Part shown: positions 1 through 10,329 of the stretch, one piece after another | How the letters are laid out: each line of letters starts with the position of its first letter | Position numbering within the stretch: the stretch's first letter is position 1 | Virus record (IMG/VR): IMGVR_UViG_3300012920_000023 | Coordinates: 32,001 to 96,000 of that record | Length of the DNA: 64,000 nucleotides | Direction: 5' to 3' (one strand) | Source: a virus | Position numbers and translations under genes: made by a program | Notes under the pieces: generated by a model | Databases searched by the model: none | Told to the model about the DNA's origin: nothing | Seen by the model: only the letters and a program-made list of their open reading frames with translations

Positions 1-2
1 TG

Positions 3-386
3 AAAGACTCTGCGATTAAGAAAGCGAGTGGCAAAGAGGGTTCAAGGTCTTTTCAGTTCTCCGCACCCAAGGATAATAAAGACCATAAACGCAATCGTCC
101 ACATGCCCACGTTAATCCGGCGAATAATAAACGACAGACCTTTAACAGCCCTCAGTTTAAGTACAATAATCGACAGTATCGTTTGCGTGCAAAACAGGCT
201 TGTGGTCGAAACGCAAGAAACTATTTCCGAGCGAAGATGGGGCGTGCACCGTTAAAGAGCAAAGACCTTTACCGTCGATGCCGTGACGGTAAGATTCCTA
301 CTTGGGCCGAGTCGGTAACAGACGCATATACTGCAACAAAAGAGTATCTTGTTGGAAGACTGCGTCAGAGCAAACAAGGTAAATAA
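3..386 (+). CDS. Partial (5'-truncated) highly basic hypothetical protein
   Basis: The frame of ORF 183..386 is open back to nt 3 (KDSAIKKASGKEGSRSF...); K/R-rich; stop 3 nt before the next start. Confidence 0.7.
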   Translation, partial: KDSAIKKASGKEGSRSFQFSAPKDNKDHKRNRPHAHVNPANNKRQTFNSPQFKYNNRQYRLRAKQACGRNARNYFRAKMGRAPLKSKDLYRRCRDGKIPTWAESVTDAYTATKEYLVGRLRQSKQGK

Positions 387-389
387 TCG

Positions 390-872
390 ATGGCTGTTTA
401 TACTCCCACTCAAGGCGAAGTTGGACTCCACCACTTTTATGAAGATGAACGAATCGGATTGAGTGGACAAGAGGGGGAGTATTATACAGTCAATCGTGCA
501 CGCAATGTTGACCCTCTGTACAATGAACCTACTGCAAATGCCGGTGGGTGGGGTTTTGAACCTGTATTTAAAGCGATATTTGCAGTCGAGTTTGAGACAG
601 CAGATAACGTAGAAATCGAGGTTCAAGACCGGGGTTATCATGAGGACGCAAATGTGAAGATCACGGTCTCCTACCTTGAATGGCAGAGGAAGTCTCCGGA
701 CTTAGCAAAGTATCCTCAACCTAAAGAGGGCGATATCGTTTACGTTATGGGCCGTTATTTTGACATTGTGAAAGCCAAGGATAAAGGGCGTCTTGTTCAT
801 TCAAATACTCCATCGGGCTATGTTATAGAGGGCCGACAGAGAACTAAGCATTTACCGCAGAGAAGAATCTAA
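390..872 (+). CDS. Putative neck / head-closure protein (T4 gp14-like)
   Basis: DPLYNEP motif and C-terminal PKEGDIVY...YFDI typical of head-closure proteins; lies upstream of terminator and sheath. Confidence 0.55.
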   Translation: MAVYTPTQGEVGLHHFYEDERIGLSGQEGEYYTVNRARNVDPLYNEPTANAGGWGFEPVFKAIFAVEFETADNVEIEVQDRGYHEDANVKITVSYLEWQRKSPDLAKYPQPKEGDIVYVMGRYFDIVKAKDKGRLVHSNTPSGYVIEGRQRTKHLPQRRI

Positions 873-1241
873 ATGATACCTGTTGAGTTGGTAAAGAAAG
901 CCACAGACAGTGGGGTGGTTTTTACATGTGCTATGTGCTTAAACTTTTGGCGTGCAAAGGCGAGCAACTTAAATGAGTGTAGGCCATTACTCAGTAGCGA
1001 GTGCTCCGGGCCACTCCGGGGTAAAGGTTATCCTCATTATGACGGGGTTTTAAAAGGGAACTTACACACGGCCTGTTTTGTGTGTGGGTGTAAACCCGAT
1101 GGAGTTTTAAAGACTCACGACGGGGTTATGGTTGGTGTCTGCAACAAGCATCGAGATGCTCTTTTTGATTTCAGTGGGCCGGTAGATGGTCGCCCCGAGA
1201 CTGCCGATTCATTGAAAGTAGAAGAGAAGACAGATGCCTAA
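873..1241 (+). CDS. Cys-rich putative Zn-binding protein
   Basis: CAMC, CFVCGC and CNKH motifs; directly coupled to neighbours. Confidence 0.6.
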   Translation: MIPVELVKKATDSGVVFTCAMCLNFWRAKASNLNECRPLLSSECSGPLRGKGYPHYDGVLKGNLHTACFVCGCKPDGVLKTHDGVMVGVCNKHRDALFDFSGPVDGRPETADSLKVEEKTDA

Positions 1242-2073
1242 CTATAAGTCGTCACGCACAAGTATATCGCCGATGATTCTCCCGGATAGAAAGACAGAGA
1301 GAGCCTACAAGGAAATTGAAGTCATGCCGGAGAGGGTTACTGAGGGGTATAAACTTGTCGCACTTGAAGCGACTACAATCGTTCTTGATTTTATAAAAAG
1401 GAACGCACCGATAATAGATAATGATGATTACTCTGCAAGGCTTGAGCCGGTCTATTCAGTCAGTAGTGATGGGACTGTAAATGTCTCTATCATAGGTAAA
1501 AACTTGGATCGAAAGACGAACGCCGAGGACGCTACTTCAATCGCTTTCCTTTATGCCAAAGGTATGCTTGAACCTAAGACAGCAAAGGCTTATGAGGTGC
1601 TTAGGAAGTATCAACCTTGGCCGGTAGGATTATATCCCTTACCCACGGGTGGCAGTAATGGCATTGGCCTTACGATAAGAAAAGTATCCGGACTTGAGTA
1701 TCAAACCCAAACTCTTAGGATTAATAAGAGTAAGAGTCGTATTGAGGGCACTTTGAGAAGTCTAGGGTTTGATGTAAATATAGCGACGAGTTCAGAGCCG
1801 AAAACTGTGCAGACAGACTTGGCTTTTGCTATCTTGCAGGTTGAGTATGGAATCGGTAGGAAAGCAGATTCTCATTGGAGGACTGCTATCTCCCGGCTAA
1901 AACGAGAGATCGGAGTACTCCAAGGCAAGTTTAAGCGTTTTATTGCCGAGGGACGGGAATCAATTTTTGTTATTGACAACACCATTGTAGAAGTGTCAAA
2001 AATAAAAGACTTAGACTCGCAATTACAAGAGCGTGTTGCTCAAAGTACCGGTTTAAAAGTTGAAAAACAATAA
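1234..2073 (+). CDS. Hypothetical protein, neck/tail-completion region
   Basis: 279-aa ORF overlapping the upstream stop; context only. Confidence 0.6.
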   Translation: MPNYKSSRTSISPMILPDRKTERAYKEIEVMPERVTEGYKLVALEATTIVLDFIKRNAPIIDNDDYSARLEPVYSVSSDGTVNVSIIGKNLDRKTNAEDATSIAFLYAKGMLEPKTAKAYEVLRKYQPWPVGLYPLPTGGSNGIGLTIRKVSGLEYQTQTLRINKSKSRIEGTLRSLGFDVNIATSSEPKTVQTDLAFAILQVEYGIGRKADSHWRTAISRLKREIGVLQGKFKRFIAEGRESIFVIDNTIVEVSKIKDLDSQLQERVAQSTGLKVEKQ

Positions 2074-2094
2074 CAATCAGAGGAGAGAAGTAAG

Positions 2095-2277
2095 ATGAGT
2101 AATGAGAATCTGCAAAAAATGGCCTTGGCTCTTTCAGACGTAGAAGCAGAGTTAAAACGGCGTCGAGAGGCAGAAACGATGGGTGAGCCATCAGAGGAAT
2201 TTCTTGATGCGTTCGATGATCTTGAAGACCTTGAAGATTATTTTGATGATGAGGTGGTCGACAACGACGACGAGTAA
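2095..2277 (+). CDS. Small protein with very acidic C-terminus
   Basis: AGGAG RBS upstream; D/E-rich tail. Confidence 0.6.
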   Translation: MSNENLQKMALALSDVEAELKRRREAETMGEPSEEFLDAFDDLEDLEDYFDDEVVDNDDE

Positions 2278-2321
2278 CGATAAACTCTATTCTACCTATG
2301 GTTTTTCATAAAGGTAGATAG

Positions 2322-3032
2322 ATGGCCACTCTCTATACAATCGATCTGCGTGCTTTTGATAAAGGTGTCTTTGAGACACTAGGGGCTAGTCTCGCCGATT
2401 ATACTGTAGACGGTGAAACCCGTAAGGTATATGGGCGAGAGTTCCCGGGCTTGCAGACCAATATCGATGGCATGGGAGGTAGAGTGCCATATTTTTTCGC
2501 TATGCCGGAGGATGTCTATCAGTCATTCGTTTTGCCTTGTGTCTTAATAAGGCGAACTTCAATGACAACCGCATTTGAGAGATCACCTTATTTCGGGTAT
2601 GAGAGAGTGCCCGATGTAAATGCGAATCCAATAACAGTAACTCGCCCGGATGGGACGGTACTACAAGGGTTCGATAAGTATGCCCAAAAGATAACCTCCA
2701 CGCCGATGAATATCGGATATGATGTTCAGATATTCGCTCGCACGCAGAGAGATTTTCTGATCATCTTCCAAAACTTAATGATGGGCATGAGACCGCCATT
2801 TTTTACATTCGGTGCTGTAGACACGGGCAACTGTAGACGTTTATATGATGCAGGCCCGGTTACGATTGCAGACAGTTCGGAACTTTCCGAGGTTGGAGAT
2901 AGGACAATGTCTGCAACAATCTCATTTGAGGTTCAAGGGGAGATAGATTATCGTTATGAAAACAATAGTCTGCCACCGCTAACTGATTTGCCGAATATTG
3001 AACTATCACCACCAATCTTACGAAGAGGATAA
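2322..3032 (+). CDS. Putative tail terminator / tail completion protein (T4 gp15-like)
   Basis: VLPCVLIRR...PMNIGYDVQIFART pattern; just upstream of the sheath. Confidence 0.55.
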   Translation: MATLYTIDLRAFDKGVFETLGASLADYTVDGETRKVYGREFPGLQTNIDGMGGRVPYFFAMPEDVYQSFVLPCVLIRRTSMTTAFERSPYFGYERVPDVNANPITVTRPDGTVLQGFDKYAQKITSTPMNIGYDVQIFARTQRDFLIIFQNLMMGMRPPFFTFGAVDTGNCRRLYDAGPVTIADSSELSEVGDRTMSATISFEVQGEIDYRYENNSLPPLTDLPNIELSPPILRRG

Positions 3033-3037
3033 AAGTT

Positions 3038-3313
3038 ATGGGCTTTTATAAAAATCAATCGGGACGTCCTATTAGTGTCACACATGGTATCGATGACGCT
3101 TGTGTGGTTCCACCGAATCATTATGTCGAGATAGACCCTAGAGTCGAAAGACAGTATGATACTAAACGACTCGTCCGATTGGGGATACTCGTTCGTTGCG
3201 GAACACCATCAAGTAAAACCAATGTGATTAGGCCACAAGAAGTAGCCCGAAAAGTAGTATCTGTTGCTCCGTCGCACTTTGCAGAGTCATTGATTGAATA
3301 CAAAAAGAACTAG
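3038..3313 (+). CDS. Small hypothetical protein preceding the sheath
   Basis: Operon spacing; RBS-like AGAGG. Confidence 0.6.
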   Translation: MGFYKNQSGRPISVTHGIDDACVVPPNHYVEIDPRVERQYDTKRLVRLGILVRCGTPSSKTNVIRPQEVARKVVSVAPSHFAESLIEYKKN

Positions 3314-3344
3314 ACGTTAATTTTTCACTTAGGAGCATATAACC

Positions 3345-5807
3345 ATGTCTACTTATACTTATCCCGGGGTCTATATTAAAGAAGTACCCAAAGGGCCGGG
3401 GCCGGTGCAGGGCGTTTCAGCAAGCACTTGTGCGATGATCGGCTTTACCGAAGAGGGGGTTGTTGATCAACCAACATTAGTTACAAGTTTCCCCGAGTTT
3501 GTAGCATCTTTCGGTAACTTTACCACTTCAAGTCGTTTACCGACTTCTGCTTTTGCGTTTTTTCAAAACGGAGGACAGAACCTAGTCGTTGTTCGCACTG
3601 TAGGTGATAACGCAGAGGAAGCGAAAGGGATTATCGACGAGCCATACGCTAACTTAACCTCAGATGTAGCACCGGCTCCAAACGGTAATGCAGGAACCTT
3701 TACATTTAACCTTGAGCACACTCCGATTGTTCCCGGTTCATTGACGTTCACCTTTAATGGTAATAACTATACATCAGATGCAAGCGGTGTTCTCACGTTC
3801 CTCAATCAACCGCAAGGGAATAGTGGGTCAGTAAACTATCAAACCGGTGCGGTCTCGCTCACTGTCACTGCCAATGTTCCTCTCCTTGCACAGGTTCAAA
3901 CGATTACCTATAAGAACGCAAACATTACATTCTGTGCGTCATCACCCGGCATTTGGGGGAATGGCTTACAGGTTGTTCTTGAGGGCGATGATAACTCAGT
4001 CGATGCAAACGACGAATACACCTTATTCAATCTGATTGTAGAACGCTTAGATGACGATGGCAATTATGTACCCGTTGAGGTGATTAACGGAATTAATTTT
4101 GATGAGGACTCCGCTTCATTCATTCAAACGCTTGTTAATGACGACCGACGAGGGAGTGATCTCATCACTATTGTCGCAGGAAGTTCTCCAAAGACTCCTG
4201 CCGGATTAAGAGACAGACAGAAGACAGCACTTAAGAACTCTGCTCCTGCTATCGACGGAACTTCTCAGCAGTTGACTTATACACTAGGTGAACCTGTTAA
4301 CTCGAACACACTTCGTGGCGAGATTGTGATCGGTGACACTTTTGTTGATGCGATTAATAACAATCAATCATCCGGGTTTACTATTCCAAACTTTAGAGAT
4401 GTGACCGGTCAAACGAGTATCAATGCTCTGATTACCTACAGCGACAATTCAACAGAGTTGCTCACTTTTAATCAAGCACAGGCCGGAACAGCAATGACGG
4501 CAGGTTTTGAGAAGGACGCAGATGCGAATAATGCCCAAGAGGGTCTTCTTAAGGGTAACATCGTTATTCAAGCAAATGATGGCTCTTATGCTATTAATCT
4601 CTCCAATAATGAAGCGAATGCCCCAACCATCGCAAACATTACTTGGTCGTGGATACGTGCAGACAAACTCATTGTAGAAGATGATGGCACTAATGAGTTA
4701 GTGGTCGTTTCCGCCCCGGTAGGCTTGTCACTCAATCCTAATGGTGAAAACAAGATCGACCTAGCGACGGGTGAGGTTAAGTTACACCCGACCTTTGCAC
4801 AAGTAGGCAGTCTGCCCGAACGTGGCCCTGCTCCTGTCCTTGGTCTTACCGGAGAAATGTCTTTTACATATACCGTTGACACCGTTGCGACTCAGTTGAG
4901 CGTTGCTTTGACCGGTGGTGCCGACGGCGGTGCTTTGACAAGGGGGAATGTTTCAAATCCTACTTTGGCAGGGGATGAAAAGGGCTTATATTCACTAAAC
5001 AAAACCGAGGCTTTGTTGAATGTTTGTATCCCGGACTTTGCATCGAACACGGTTGTCTCTCAAGACCTCATTGATTACTGCGAGACTCGTAAAGATCGAT
5101 TTGCGATCATCTCAGTACCGGAGGGTTTCACTTATAAAGAGGCTATTGAATACAAGCGAAACACTTTACTGCGAAACAGCAATCGTTGTGCGATCTACTA
5201 TCCGCATTTGAAGTTGATTGATCCCATCTCCGAGAACGAGATCAACTTCCCGGCGGTGGGTCACATGGCAGGTATTTATGCACGAACAGACTCAACCCGA
5301 AATGTGTCTAAAGCACCTGCCGGTACTGTGGATGGTCGTTTAGCATTTGCGAGTGGAGTTGAGGTTGAGTTGACTCCGCAACAAGCCGGTTTTGTAAATA
5401 CCGCACACATTAACAACCTCGTCTCTTGGCCATTCACCGGCTTAGTGGCTTGGGGTGCTCGCACCTTAGAAGCAAACGGCGACTTCCCTTACATTCAAAT
5501 GCGACGCCTGTTCATGTTTGTCGAGAAGTCAGTGTTCAACGCTACTCAAGGTTTTGTGTTTGAGTCTAATACAGCAGGTCTGCGTGCAAGCATTAAACTT
5601 CAAATTGAAGCGTTCTTATTGAGTCTTCATCGCAGTGGTCACTTTGCCGGTACATCACCTGCACAGTCATTCTTTGTGATTTGTGACACATCTAACAATC
5701 CTCAGAACTTGATCGATCAAGGTCAACTTACTGTGGATGTTGGTATCGCTCCGACTAAGCCTGCCGAGTTTATCATCTTCCGTTTCCAACAGAAGACCAT
5801 ATCCTAG
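3345..5807 (+). CDS. Contractile tail sheath protein
   Basis: N-terminal YPGVYIKE, FFQNGG, KAPAG, WGARTL, RRLFMFVE and C-terminal VGIAPTKPAEFIIFRFQQ are sheath hallmarks. Confidence 0.97.
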   Translation: MSTYTYPGVYIKEVPKGPGPVQGVSASTCAMIGFTEEGVVDQPTLVTSFPEFVASFGNFTTSSRLPTSAFAFFQNGGQNLVVVRTVGDNAEEAKGIIDEPYANLTSDVAPAPNGNAGTFTFNLEHTPIVPGSLTFTFNGNNYTSDASGVLTFLNQPQGNSGSVNYQTGAVSLTVTANVPLLAQVQTITYKNANITFCASSPGIWGNGLQVVLEGDDNSVDANDEYTLFNLIVERLDDDGNYVPVEVINGINFDEDSASFIQTLVNDDRRGSDLITIVAGSSPKTPAGLRDRQKTALKNSAPAIDGTSQQLTYTLGEPVNSNTLRGEIVIGDTFVDAINNNQSSGFTIPNFRDVTGQTSINALITYSDNSTELLTFNQAQAGTAMTAGFEKDADANNAQEGLLKGNIVIQANDGSYAINLSNNEANAPTIANITWSWIRADKLIVEDDGTNELVVVSAPVGLSLNPNGENKIDLATGEVKLHPTFAQVGSLPERGPAPVLGLTGEMSFTYTVDTVATQLSVALTGGADGGALTRGNVSNPTLAGDEKGLYSLNKTEALLNVCIPDFASNTVVSQDLIDYCETRKDRFAIISVPEGFTYKEAIEYKRNTLLRNSNRCAIYYPHLKLIDPISENEINFPAVGHMAGIYARTDSTRNVSKAPAGTVDGRLAFASGVEVELTPQQAGFVNTAHINNLVSWPFTGLVAWGARTLEANGDFPYIQMRRLFMFVEKSVFNATQGFVFESNTAGLRASIKLQIEAFLLSLHRSGHFAGTSPAQSFFVICDTSNNPQNLIDQGQLTVDVGIAPTKPAEFIIFRFQQKTIS

Positions 5808-5817
5808 GAGAACTTAA

Positions 5818-6300
5818 ATGCCGAATATCATCGTCCATGAGGTGTTAAACGCCACCACTATAAACGGGGAATTGCCCGATGTTACTGCGACCACTCAAGT
5901 TAGCACTAAGCCAACTTATGGTGGGATTACTGAGTTCTTTGCAGGCTGTTCCAAGGCCGGACGTGTTGATGCAGGCATACAAGGAAACAGTCTAGTCGGT
6001 ATAGGTGCAAACTTGTCCGGGATTGCTAGTTTCAAGGTAATCATTAGGGATCGAGACACAGTGTACTCTACCGGTGCAGTTCCTGCGTTTGAGGTACTTG
6101 ATAGCACAGAGAACGAGTTTACAGACCGTGTCAAAGACGTAAACTCATTTTATTATCAGTTCAGAGATCCTGTTATGATACCGCCAAACCATAGCGTTGA
6201 GTTTGTAACGGCTCAAGCATCCGGCGTTGGCAGACTGTTTTTCGTACTTGGCTCCGGGTTTCAACGTGGAGCAGGCTTTGTGAGTGTAATTTCAAATTAA
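5818..6300 (+). CDS. Hypothetical virion-associated protein between sheath and tube
   Basis: AGGAG RBS; context. Confidence 0.6.
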   Translation: MPNIIVHEVLNATTINGELPDVTATTQVSTKPTYGGITEFFAGCSKAGRVDAGIQGNSLVGIGANLSGIASFKVIIRDRDTVYSTGAVPAFEVLDSTENEFTDRVKDVNSFYYQFRDPVMIPPNHSVEFVTAQASGVGRLFFVLGSGFQRGAGFVSVISN

Positions 6301-6314
6301 AAGGAGAGACTATT

Positions 6315-6881
6315 ATGGCTCGTGCAATAACAGAAGATTTTTTACAAAACTTTAGATTCCAAGTAGAGATGGCTAACCAAGCAGGTAGTTTTAACTACTT
6401 TACCGGAGACTCTGCTTCCAATGCAGATCGCCCGGGTGGTGTAGCAGGCTTTCAGTCGTGCACGCTCCCCGAGATTAGTTCGGAAGCGACTGAGTACCGT
6501 GAGGGGACGTTTAAATACACACGCAAATTCAACGGTGTAGCATCGGTCACAGATGTATCGCTTATGCGTGGTTTAGCCCTAAACGACAGTGCATTGTTCT
6601 CGTGGATGATGGATGCTATCGGTGGCGGTGAGTCTCGTGCCGACATTGCAATCAAGCAGTTTAGCCGTGGTGCTTTAACTGTTCTTGAAAACGGTGTAAG
6701 CGTTCCCGGTGAGGGAGACTACGCAGAGGCAGACGGGGCACAGACTCGTATCTATACCTGCTTTAATGCTATTCCGATTCGGTATAAACCGGGAGCAGAT
6801 CTTGACGCTACATCTTCGGAAGTGTCTGTTCAAGAACTTGACCTCGCCATAGAGTTTTTCACGATCTCCGTCGGAACTTAA
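6315..6881 (+). CDS. Tail tube protein (T4 gp19-like)
   Basis: NFRFQVE, AGFQSC, EYREG, LMRG, DLDATSSEVSVQEL motifs. Confidence 0.93.
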   Translation: MARAITEDFLQNFRFQVEMANQAGSFNYFTGDSASNADRPGGVAGFQSCTLPEISSEATEYREGTFKYTRKFNGVASVTDVSLMRGLALNDSALFSWMMDAIGGGESRADIAIKQFSRGALTVLENGVSVPGEGDYAEADGAQTRIYTCFNAIPIRYKPGADLDATSSEVSVQELDLAIEFFTISVGT

Positions 6882-6901
6882 GTGATAGAGGGATTCTCCA
6901 A

Positions 6902-7528
6902 ATGTCTAGAAAACGGTTTTTCGATTATCTACAGAACTATGCTTTTCATGTAGCAGATGTAACGCCTAGTCTTAGGCCACCGTTTTTTACGATGGGGACT
7001 CCCTTTCCGTACTCATTTAACTCCTGCTCTATGCCGGAGATACAACTTGAGATCGAATCATTTCGACAGGTCTGCTCTATGTATCAGACTCATGTCGTTA
7101 ATGGGGCATCAGTCTCCCCGATAAGTATGTCTCGTGGAGTCCTCTCCACAGACAGTAGTCTTTACCGTTGGATGTCTCGTTCTATAACGGGAGAGGACAG
7201 AGTTCACCGGGATTTAGTCCTGTTGCACTCATCAAGTTTCTCACTCTTCCATAACTTAGGTCAAGAGTACAAAGATGGTGAAAAGCCGGCATCCGGCAGT
7301 AATAAGTTAGGCCATGCTCCTGCAACTTTGAGTGCCACGGGGGCAACTTATGGAATGGTCAGAATGATGGGCAAAGGTTATATATTACATAACTGTTTGC
7401 CAACACGTTATAAGGCAGGTGGTGACCTCGATGCATCTGATAGCGAGGTTTCCATTGCCGAACTTGAGGTACAACCGGAGTATGTTACCGAGTTCAGTAC
7501 CGACCCGTTACAACTTACAGACTTTTAA
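6902..7528 (+). CDS. Second tail tube-like protein (gp19 family paralog)
   Basis: FNSCSMPEI, ISMSRG, LPTRYKAGGDLDASDSEVSIAELE; clearly paralogous to 6315..6881. Confidence 0.85.
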   Translation: MSRKRFFDYLQNYAFHVADVTPSLRPPFFTMGTPFPYSFNSCSMPEIQLEIESFRQVCSMYQTHVVNGASVSPISMSRGVLSTDSSLYRWMSRSITGEDRVHRDLVLLHSSSFSLFHNLGQEYKDGEKPASGSNKLGHAPATLSATGATYGMVRMMGKGYILHNCLPTRYKAGGDLDASDSEVSIAELEVQPEYVTEFSTDPLQLTDF

Positions 7529-7536
7529 AAGGTAAG

Positions 7537-7812
7537 ATGATGATTAAAAGCAGAAAAATGGTGGTATTTACGGTATCCTTAGTGATGTTTCTTGGGAACT
7601 ATCTACTTGGTTCTCCGCTTCCGGAGGATCAAGTACAGCAGTTTTTAGTGTTGATCGTAGGTTGGTTAGTTGCACAAGGTGTTGCTGATGCAGGCACGCA
7701 GGGGCAGGTGAATTCTGCCCTCCGGGCCTCTAAGCAAGGACAGCAGATTATAGAAACAGTTAAAAGCCTTAAGAACGAGCAAGAATCTATCGATGCGTCC
7801 AAAGACAAGTGA
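7537..7812 (+). CDS. Holin-like small membrane protein
   Basis: KSRK followed by two hydrophobic segments and a charged tail. Confidence 0.55.
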   Translation: MMIKSRKMVVFTVSLVMFLGNYLLGSPLPEDQVQQFLVLIVGWLVAQGVADAGTQGQVNSALRASKQGQQIIETVKSLKNEQESIDASKDK

Positions 7813-7844
7813 CGCACACATGTGCACACCGACAGGAGTCAACC

Positions 7845-8741
7845 ATGAATCTAGTAGAGCAGTTGGAATTTTTATTAACTGACGTGGGAGGGATTACCTC
7901 CCTTTTAGAAGATCACGTTAGACCACCATATTCATCACCGGCAGGAAAGATGAGGATGGCAAAATCAATCGTGAGTATTATCCCGGATCACAAGATTTAT
8001 GTTGAACCTTTCGCCGGTTCTGCGTCTGTGCTTTTCGCCAAGCCACCGGCAGAAAAAGAAGTGCTTAACGATCTAGATACAGACATTGCCGACGCTCTAA
8101 AGACTCTTAGTAGAATGAGCAAGAGTGATCTTGATCGGCTTATGAATAAAGATTGGCATGGTGACGAGCATAAATACAAGCGTCTTTATTCAATGAGATC
8201 ATCAGATGCAATCGAGCGTCTTTACCGCTTCTTATACCTCGCTAAAATGGCCTTTGGCAGTGTTCGTGGCCCCGGTAATTTCTGCAAGCGAGAAGCAACG
8301 AGGGATCATAGCCCTTACTTTAAGAGAAGATTGCCCCCGGCGGTGGAGCGAATGAGGGGTGTTAAGGTTTATAATAAGGATTATGAGTCTGTCTGCCGTC
8401 AGTATGATAGCCCACAAACATTCTTTTTCCTTGATCCTCCTTATGCCGGATATAGTGCCCTCGATGCGAGTGCTAAAAGCGGTCAAAAGACAGGCGAGAA
8501 AGACTTTGATGAGACTAAGTTTTTCAACATGCTTAGAAGCCTTAAAGGTAAATGGTTTTTAAACTATGGTGAGCGTGGAGAGTTGCCCGGTATGTTAAAG
8601 CAGGCCGGATACACCACAAGGATTGTCCATAAGAATCGTGACTTCCGACACATCTTGAAGAAAGGTGGAGACAAGGATGGGCCGAAAACAGTAGGACACT
8701 TGATCGCCTCCAATTACGGTGCGAACCTGTCGGGGTTTTAA
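7845..8741 (+). CDS. dam: DNA adenine methyltransferase (Dam/D12 class) with N-terminal leader
   Basis: Motif I EPFAGSAS, LNDLD, motif IV DPPY; start moved to ATG 7845 behind AGGAG. Confidence 0.92.
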   Translation: MNLVEQLEFLLTDVGGITSLLEDHVRPPYSSPAGKMRMAKSIVSIIPDHKIYVEPFAGSASVLFAKPPAEKEVLNDLDTDIADALKTLSRMSKSDLDRLMNKDWHGDEHKYKRLYSMRSSDAIERLYRFLYLAKMAFGSVRGPGNFCKREATRDHSPYFKRRLPPAVERMRGVKVYNKDYESVCRQYDSPQTFFFLDPPYAGYSALDASAKSGQKTGEKDFDETKFFNMLRSLKGKWFLNYGERGELPGMLKQAGYTTRIVHKNRDFRHILKKGGDKDGPKTVGHLIASNYGANLSGF

Positions 8742-8742
8742 G

Positions 8743-9576
8743 ATGTTATACGCTAAACTAGAATCTCTTTTGCAGAGCACTTTTCTCAACGAAGAGTTTG
8801 CCGTTATCAGACCGCCGTTTGCATCGCCTGCCGGTAAGATGCGAATGGCAGTGAGTTTAGCGTCGAAAATTCCGACTCATAGCACTTATGTAGAGCCATT
8901 CGCCGGTTCATCGGCGGTGTTTTTTGCGAAGCCAAAGGCAAGTGTTGAGGTGTTGAATGACCTCGATAGTGATGTCAGTAATGCTTTGAAGTCTCTCGCT
9001 ACTCTTTCTCCTGCCGAGTTAAAGCAACTTACCTCTATGGATTTTACCGGTTCGCAGGCGAAGTATCATCAAGTGTTTGATAGCAGTCCGACAAGTAAAG
9101 TGGGCAAACTGTATCGGTTCTTATACTTGACGAGGTTCTCTATGAACTCCGGGCGTGGACGCAGTCAGTTTAATCATTTTCAAGCGATCACCACTCCTTA
9201 TTTAGCGAGGCGTGTACCTCCTGCGGTTGAACGCTTAAAGGGCGTAAAGGTACACAATGAAGATTATGAAAGTGTGTGCCGAAAGTATGACTCACCTCAG
9301 ACTTTTTTCTTTCTTGACCCTCCTTATTCCGGCTTTAGTGCCCTCAAGGGCAAGGCTTCTGAAAAAGGGTTTGATGAGGAACGCTTTTTTGACCTTTTAA
9401 GGTCGCTAAAGGGCAAATGGCTACTCAACTATGGAACCAAGGGCAAACTGCCCGGTATGCTTAAACAGGCCGGCTTCAAGGTGAGACATGACACGAGATC
9501 AAGTACGGCCAATATAATGAAGCATGGTAAGGCCAATGGTAATAAACTCACTCACATTATTGCTTCAAATTATTAA
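8743..9576 (+). CDS. dam: Second tandem DNA adenine methyltransferase (Dam/D12 class) with N-terminal leader
   Basis: EPFAGSSA, LNDLD, DPPY; close paralog of the upstream gene; ATG 1 nt after its stop. Confidence 0.92.
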   Translation: MLYAKLESLLQSTFLNEEFAVIRPPFASPAGKMRMAVSLASKIPTHSTYVEPFAGSSAVFFAKPKASVEVLNDLDSDVSNALKSLATLSPAELKQLTSMDFTGSQAKYHQVFDSSPTSKVGKLYRFLYLTRFSMNSGRGRSQFNHFQAITTPYLARRVPPAVERLKGVKVHNEDYESVCRKYDSPQTFFFLDPPYSGFSALKGKASEKGFDEERFFDLLRSLKGKWLLNYGTKGKLPGMLKQAGFKVRHDTRSSTANIMKHGKANGNKLTHIIASNY

Positions 9577-9587
9577 GGAGTTTAGAT

Positions 9588-9881
9588 ATGCCCGGTAAGA
9601 AATCAATGCACCCCTCTTATATGAGACGATGTGTAGCAAGTGTCGCTAAGTCAAACGATTTGAAGTCGGCTTTTGCTATATGCACATCTGCGATGCAAAA
9701 GGCCGGGTACTTAGAACCCGGAACAAGAACACAGACTAAGGACGGCATTAAGCGTGCTCGTCATTATTCGGCTCGTAAAGATTTTAAAGATAAAGAGTTG
9801 GAATATGAGAAAGCCTTGAGTCAAACTGAAGAAGAACTATTTAGTCAGTATTTTTATGAGCACATCATAAAGGAGAATTAA
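9588..9881 (+). CDS. Small basic hypothetical protein
   Basis: AAGGAG RBS; RRCV...AFAIC motif. Confidence 0.65.
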   Translation: MPGKKSMHPSYMRRCVASVAKSNDLKSAFAICTSAMQKAGYLEPGTRTQTKDGIKRARHYSARKDFKDKELEYEKALSQTEEELFSQYFYEHIIKEN

Positions 9882-9882
9882 G

Positions 9883-10329
9883 ATGAGCCTGTCACAGAAA
9901 ATTGAAAACTTAATCCAAGAGCGTGTTGCGGTACTTCCTATACCTATGGTGGGGATGAATCCTAACTCAGTCTCCATGCCGGTTATTGATCCGAAATCAT
10001 TTAGTGGACAGGCCGGTCTGTCTCCATCTGTTAATAAGGGCTGTTGTGATGATTGCGACCGGGCAGAAACTGTTGAAAATAAGCAACCGACTCTGCGTTA
10101 TCAGTTCGTCGGAAAAATGCCTACAGGTGCAGACAAGGACTTAGCACACGGATATCACCACACCGCCTTTATGAGTAAGTTGCAGAAGATGGTTGCCCCA
10201 CTGCCCATTGTCAATAAACCTAGCGGTATTGAAGTGGTTGCCTCGCCGGCTCTCAAGCGTGGCTTGATGGCTTTAGCCAAGCGGTCGGGCATGAAGTGTA
10301 ATGTTATGAAAGAGGGGCATTGTAACTAA
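9883..10329 (+). CDS. Hypothetical protein with shared N-terminal leader
   Basis: AAGGAG RBS; starts MSLSQKIENLIQE. Confidence 0.65.
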   Translation: MSLSQKIENLIQERVAVLPIPMVGMNPNSVSMPVIDPKSFSGQAGLSPSVNKGCCDDCDRAETVENKQPTLRYQFVGKMPTGADKDLAHGYHHTAFMSKLQKMVAPLPIVNKPSGIEVVASPALKRGLMALAKRSGMKCNVMKEGHCN

